Source: Octopus vulgaris (Eukaryota). From it: a stretch of DNA of 64,000 nucleotides. A program made the position numbers and the translations under genes. Positions 60,040 to 64,000 of the stretch are shown piece by piece. The notes beneath the pieces are model-generated. The model was not told the DNA's origin, did no database searches, and was given only the letters and a program-made list of their open reading frames with translations. The stretch is from positions 9,300,001-9,364,000 of the forward strand of contig OX597818.1 of the NCBI GenBank assembly GCA_951406725.2, in the 5' to 3' direction. Numbering within the stretch: the first letter of the stretch is position 1; each line of letters begins with the position of its first letter.

Positions 60040-60700
60040 ACTACACTAGCCATGAACAAGGTAGCACCAATAATCATAAAAAATATAAAGCATTCAAAGA
60101 AGCTGGATAGGAAGACAAGAGAGCTTGCAACAGTGCAAGGAGCACATCTTCCTTGTGCAGGCACAGATCGTCTATACATGACGAGAGGAAATGTAAGAAG
60201 AGAACTAAGTGCGGAAGGCTACGTACATATCGTGAATGAATGCTGTAGACTTGCTCCGAACCATCATAGATTGTGGCGACACGATGAGGTAGTGAAAGTA
60301 CTACAATGGAAACAATGCGAGTAGAGTCTAGAGAGAAGCAATACGTGGTATAAACATAAACCACTGAGAATAGCAAAGTCGGAGACTTGCAAAATTCTCT
60401 GGGATTTCCTAGTCCAAACAGCGTGGGTGCCGGAGGACAAGCTGGACCTAGTAGGTATGGACAAAGTGAACCTCTATAATTGTTGTTTCGCGCCCCTTTG
60501 ACCCACGATTAGTCAAGAAGGAAGGTGAAAAATTAGACATGTCCAGTCCTCTTATGTATGAAAGAGCCTAGCTATGGAAAATGAAGAAGTGAAGATTGTG
60601 CCAATTTTATGTTATGTCCTTGGGGACAGTATCAGAAGGCATCAAGAACATAAAGAAAATCAGAATATAATACCTTGTTGAAAACTTTATTATATTACAC
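60040..60700 (+). mobile_element. Decayed, internally deleted R4/Dong-like fragment
   Basis: LDRKTREL...TDRLYM, HIVNECCRLAP..WRHDEV, KILWDFLVQT. Homologous to ORF 1-2646. Confidence 0.75.
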
Positions 60701-60879
60701 AACGCTTGCCCCCATATCACGGCAAGAATAGTCAGAAAGCAATAGATAATTGAAAAGAATAGATGGGGTGGCTTCAAATAGCAAGCCCGTTACGTATGCA
60801 AGGCTCCAGGATTTCCAACAAAACTTGAGATGATAATAATAAAAATAATAAAAATAATAATAATAATAATAATAAACTA

Positions 60880-61401
<522 letters not shown>

Positions 61402-61725
61402 TAGAGGACGAAAAAGAAAAAGTACAATCCCTTAAAATACGAAATAAGAGGAATTTGGTGCATTAGAACAGTTAAGTTCGTGTCTAAAACAATTGATACG
61501 TTGGGAATAGTACGCAATGTTATAGACAAAATGGCTGAAAGAGATTGGAAGGAGAGTTCCTACAGAAAGTTTGTCTCTTACGGACAGTAAGAACTATCAG
61601 GGGGTTCTGAGCACTTGAAAGGCAGCTGAAATCTTGAGGATCCTTAAGGTTACAGGTGGTAACCTGCGCCCACATTAATCCTACCAGGAATACAACCGAA
61701 CTTAAGTCAAATCAAGCCAAAATAA
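61402..61725 (+). mobile_element. Another R4/Dong-like 3' fragment
   Basis: EK..SLKYEIRGIWC..TVKFV...LGIV...LQKVCLL.TVRTI remnant, plus a 3' hairpin at 61642-61665. Confidence 0.6.
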
Positions 61726-62439
61726 TACACATAAAAATGCTACTGATTAATTTATTAGTCAACACACGTCACACAAAATCAAAGGCATCACAGTCAAAAA
61801 TGTATGCGAAGATTTGAGGGAATATAGCGCTTCTCTCCCCACCTTTTTCATGTGAAACTTCAAAAGGATTATGAGGGCTGGGCCAGAAGCTAATGTATCT
61901 GTATTTAACCATTTCAATCTTGTCCACCATATAACGTCCTTTGCCATAACCACCAAAGAGATAAAAGTGTTTAGCCGTTGCGGCCAAAGTAGATTGACAG
62001 CCTTGACTGATCATGGACGACTAACTGAACGACTAACTGGATCTGTCCTATCAAACGCCACAAGATAGTGAAGTTATATCATCCTACGTGAACAGGTTCT
62101 ACAGGCACTCGATCACTGCTCTGGCAATGGACGAGTAGCTACAGAACAGTTTCGCCGTTCAAATGTATCTCAGACAAACAAAGTTGACGACAATTCAATG
62201 CCTGTACAGTTTATACCTTGTACTGGCAATACTATTCCGGACTAATTTTGGTTCCTATAACATATTATTTCCCTACAGTGGGACATTATTACGGTAACTC
62301 ATTCACATATACCGATTCAAATCTTTTACATCCGTATTCATGTGGGGTGCTCCTCAATGTCTGTAGTTTCCGCTGCATTGATTCTGTAGCCAGTATATGT
62401 ACAGGGTACGACAGATACAAAATTGATAATCTGATAGGC

Positions 62440-64000
62440 GCCTATTTAGTCTGACGATCGAGCAGATGACGCAGTCCAATGCAGCGAAACAACCCCTGAA
62501 AATGAGGGAAAAGATCGGACGTTCCGATGATCTCTAGTCGCAGACATAAACCTGTGTCTCCTGGGCCATAAACCCAAATGCATGGTCTTTGCTGCTTGTC
62601 ACACCTTCAGAAATAGTTTGCTTTCTGAATACAGGAAGATGGATTATATTGCAGGAGCCATACCTTGCACCCACCCGCCAAAAATAAATAAAAAAAAAAG
62701 CAGAAAATGTTTCCGGCAGACGTGTATATACGTACAACTCGCAGATCCCAAAATTGGACGTGAAGATACTTGCCTGACGAAATTCTTGCCTCACTGATAG
62801 CCTCCATATCTATGTCGATCGGCGTGAGATAAAAATTCCCTTCCATCATCCACTATTGTAGCCCTATTTCTTAGTAGACTTCAGGCTACATGTATTTGCA
62901 TTACCCATTTTGTGTAGGGTCATGTGAAATAAGTGAAACGAATCACTTACCTTATTCGTGCAGAAGGATAAACGTACCCTCCTTTCGGCTAATTGTGAAC
63001 GCTTTCTCGAGGATGTGTTTTATAGTGATTTGTTAATATTTCTTCAGAAACCTTGTATTCCAGCAACGCTGTTGTTTTTGAAACGTTTCTACATATTATG
63101 GGTTTTTCTATGCTATTTGTCCTTACGGTATATTTATCGTGTATAATGATTGTACATTGATATATTTAATTCGCTCCTTTTTCATTGTTTGTGCCCGTGG
63201 TCATGTTGATAAATTGTTTTTTTCTTTTTATGTTGAGGATGGTGTTCTTGCTGTTAGTGTGGGTTGATAGTGATTGTGATGCTGTTGTAGTTAGCCTTGG
63301 TACATCGACGCTCAAATTCATCTCCCAGGCTCATTCAAATTGTAAAATAAGTTTATTCTTCCATTTCTACTGTGCACGTTTTACCATTTATAGTATGCTT
63401 TGTCACCTTCATCACAGGACATTTGTTCGTGTTTCCGGATTACGAGATGCTTGTTTTTGGTGGGATTGTTGATTGTTGTTCTTTTTATTGATGTTTGTAC
63501 GGGTTGGGCTTTCGTGGTTATTGTCTCTGTTACTGTCAATAAGGTGGCAGTTGATTGCAGTATTTTTGTTGTGTTTGTTGTCGATGCTGTTATTGCTGTT
63601 GTAGGTGTTGCATCTGTTCTTGCAGCTAGTGTTGCAGTTACTTTTGCTGGTGTTGCAATTACTGCTGCTGGTGCAATTGTTACAGTTGAGGTCGCTGTTG
63701 ATTTTGTAATATTAACAGTAATAGAACCTTTCATCCAGCTGTCACGTTCTATTGTTGACTCAGAAAACCTTGAGAAAATCAGTATTTCTAGATTTGAGGC
63801 ATCTCTGACTTCTCGATTCTTCTAAAACTGCAGTTGCTACCATCCTGAGATTTCTGTTAGAACATTGATACTGTCCTTTCCGACCTTATATTTCTCTCGG
63901 AACCCTTTCATTTTTGGCAATGTGCTAAAGTTCTTCAACAAAACACATTTCGCACACCACACCTGGTGGTATTTCTATAAGTTTCAATGTCCTCATTCTC
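62440..64000 (-). mobile_element. Decayed Tx1/L1-like LINE 5' region (ORF1 knuckle remnant, Thr/Ala-rich linker, APE endonuclease start)
   Basis: Reverse complement: CF..HIAK near 63915-63945, a Thr/Ala-rich stretch at 63480-63720, and NTCSLKS...IDMEAISEARI resembling the APE N-terminus. Confidence 0.45.

Noticed and set aside
62448-62495. CTGACGA...GAAAC spacing
   Set aside because: There is no NUH triplet or stem I/III pairing. It lies within a LINE remnant and is probably chance.
63381-63825. Thr/Ala-rich mucin-like ORF (minus) and hydrophobic membrane-like ORF (plus)
   Set aside because: Low-complexity sequence between LINE ORF1 and endonuclease remnants. The hydrophobic ORF is merely its antisense.

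Overview
AT-rich, microsatellite-dense eukaryotic DNA made almost entirely of transposable-element material. I found no convincing host protein-coding exon, so the window is probably intergenic or a large intron. The tRNA-derived SINE families and the (TA)n/(CA)n/(TAA)n load resemble an octopod cephalopod genome; this is an inference from recall, not verified. Main contents: (1) an intact, window-truncated R4/Dong-type non-LTR retrotransposon (RT + CCHC + restriction-like endonuclease) ending in (TAA)n, plus four decayed relatives; (2) three copies of a ~555-bp non-coding element with a fixed 5' end, each beside a (TAA)n-type tract; (3) two mariner transposons; (4) decayed Penelope-like, RTE, Tx1/L1, CR1, Jockey/I-like and Ty3/Gypsy elements; (5) many SINEs. 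Two RNA-level signals stand out. First, a covarying 3' stem-loop (outer stem / C-UUR bulge / 6-7 bp inner stem / 5-nt NGGNN loop) is shared by four sequence-divergent R4/Dong 3' ends and by both full copies of the 555-bp element. This suggests an autonomous/non-autonomous (TAA)n-targeting system keyed on RNA structure rather than sequence. Second, there are about eight minimal type-I hammerhead motifs, including a near-canonical GUC copy and G3-C8 and U3-A8 compensatory core variants. All alignments and folds were done by eye. Most ORF-track entries are microsatellite artefacts.
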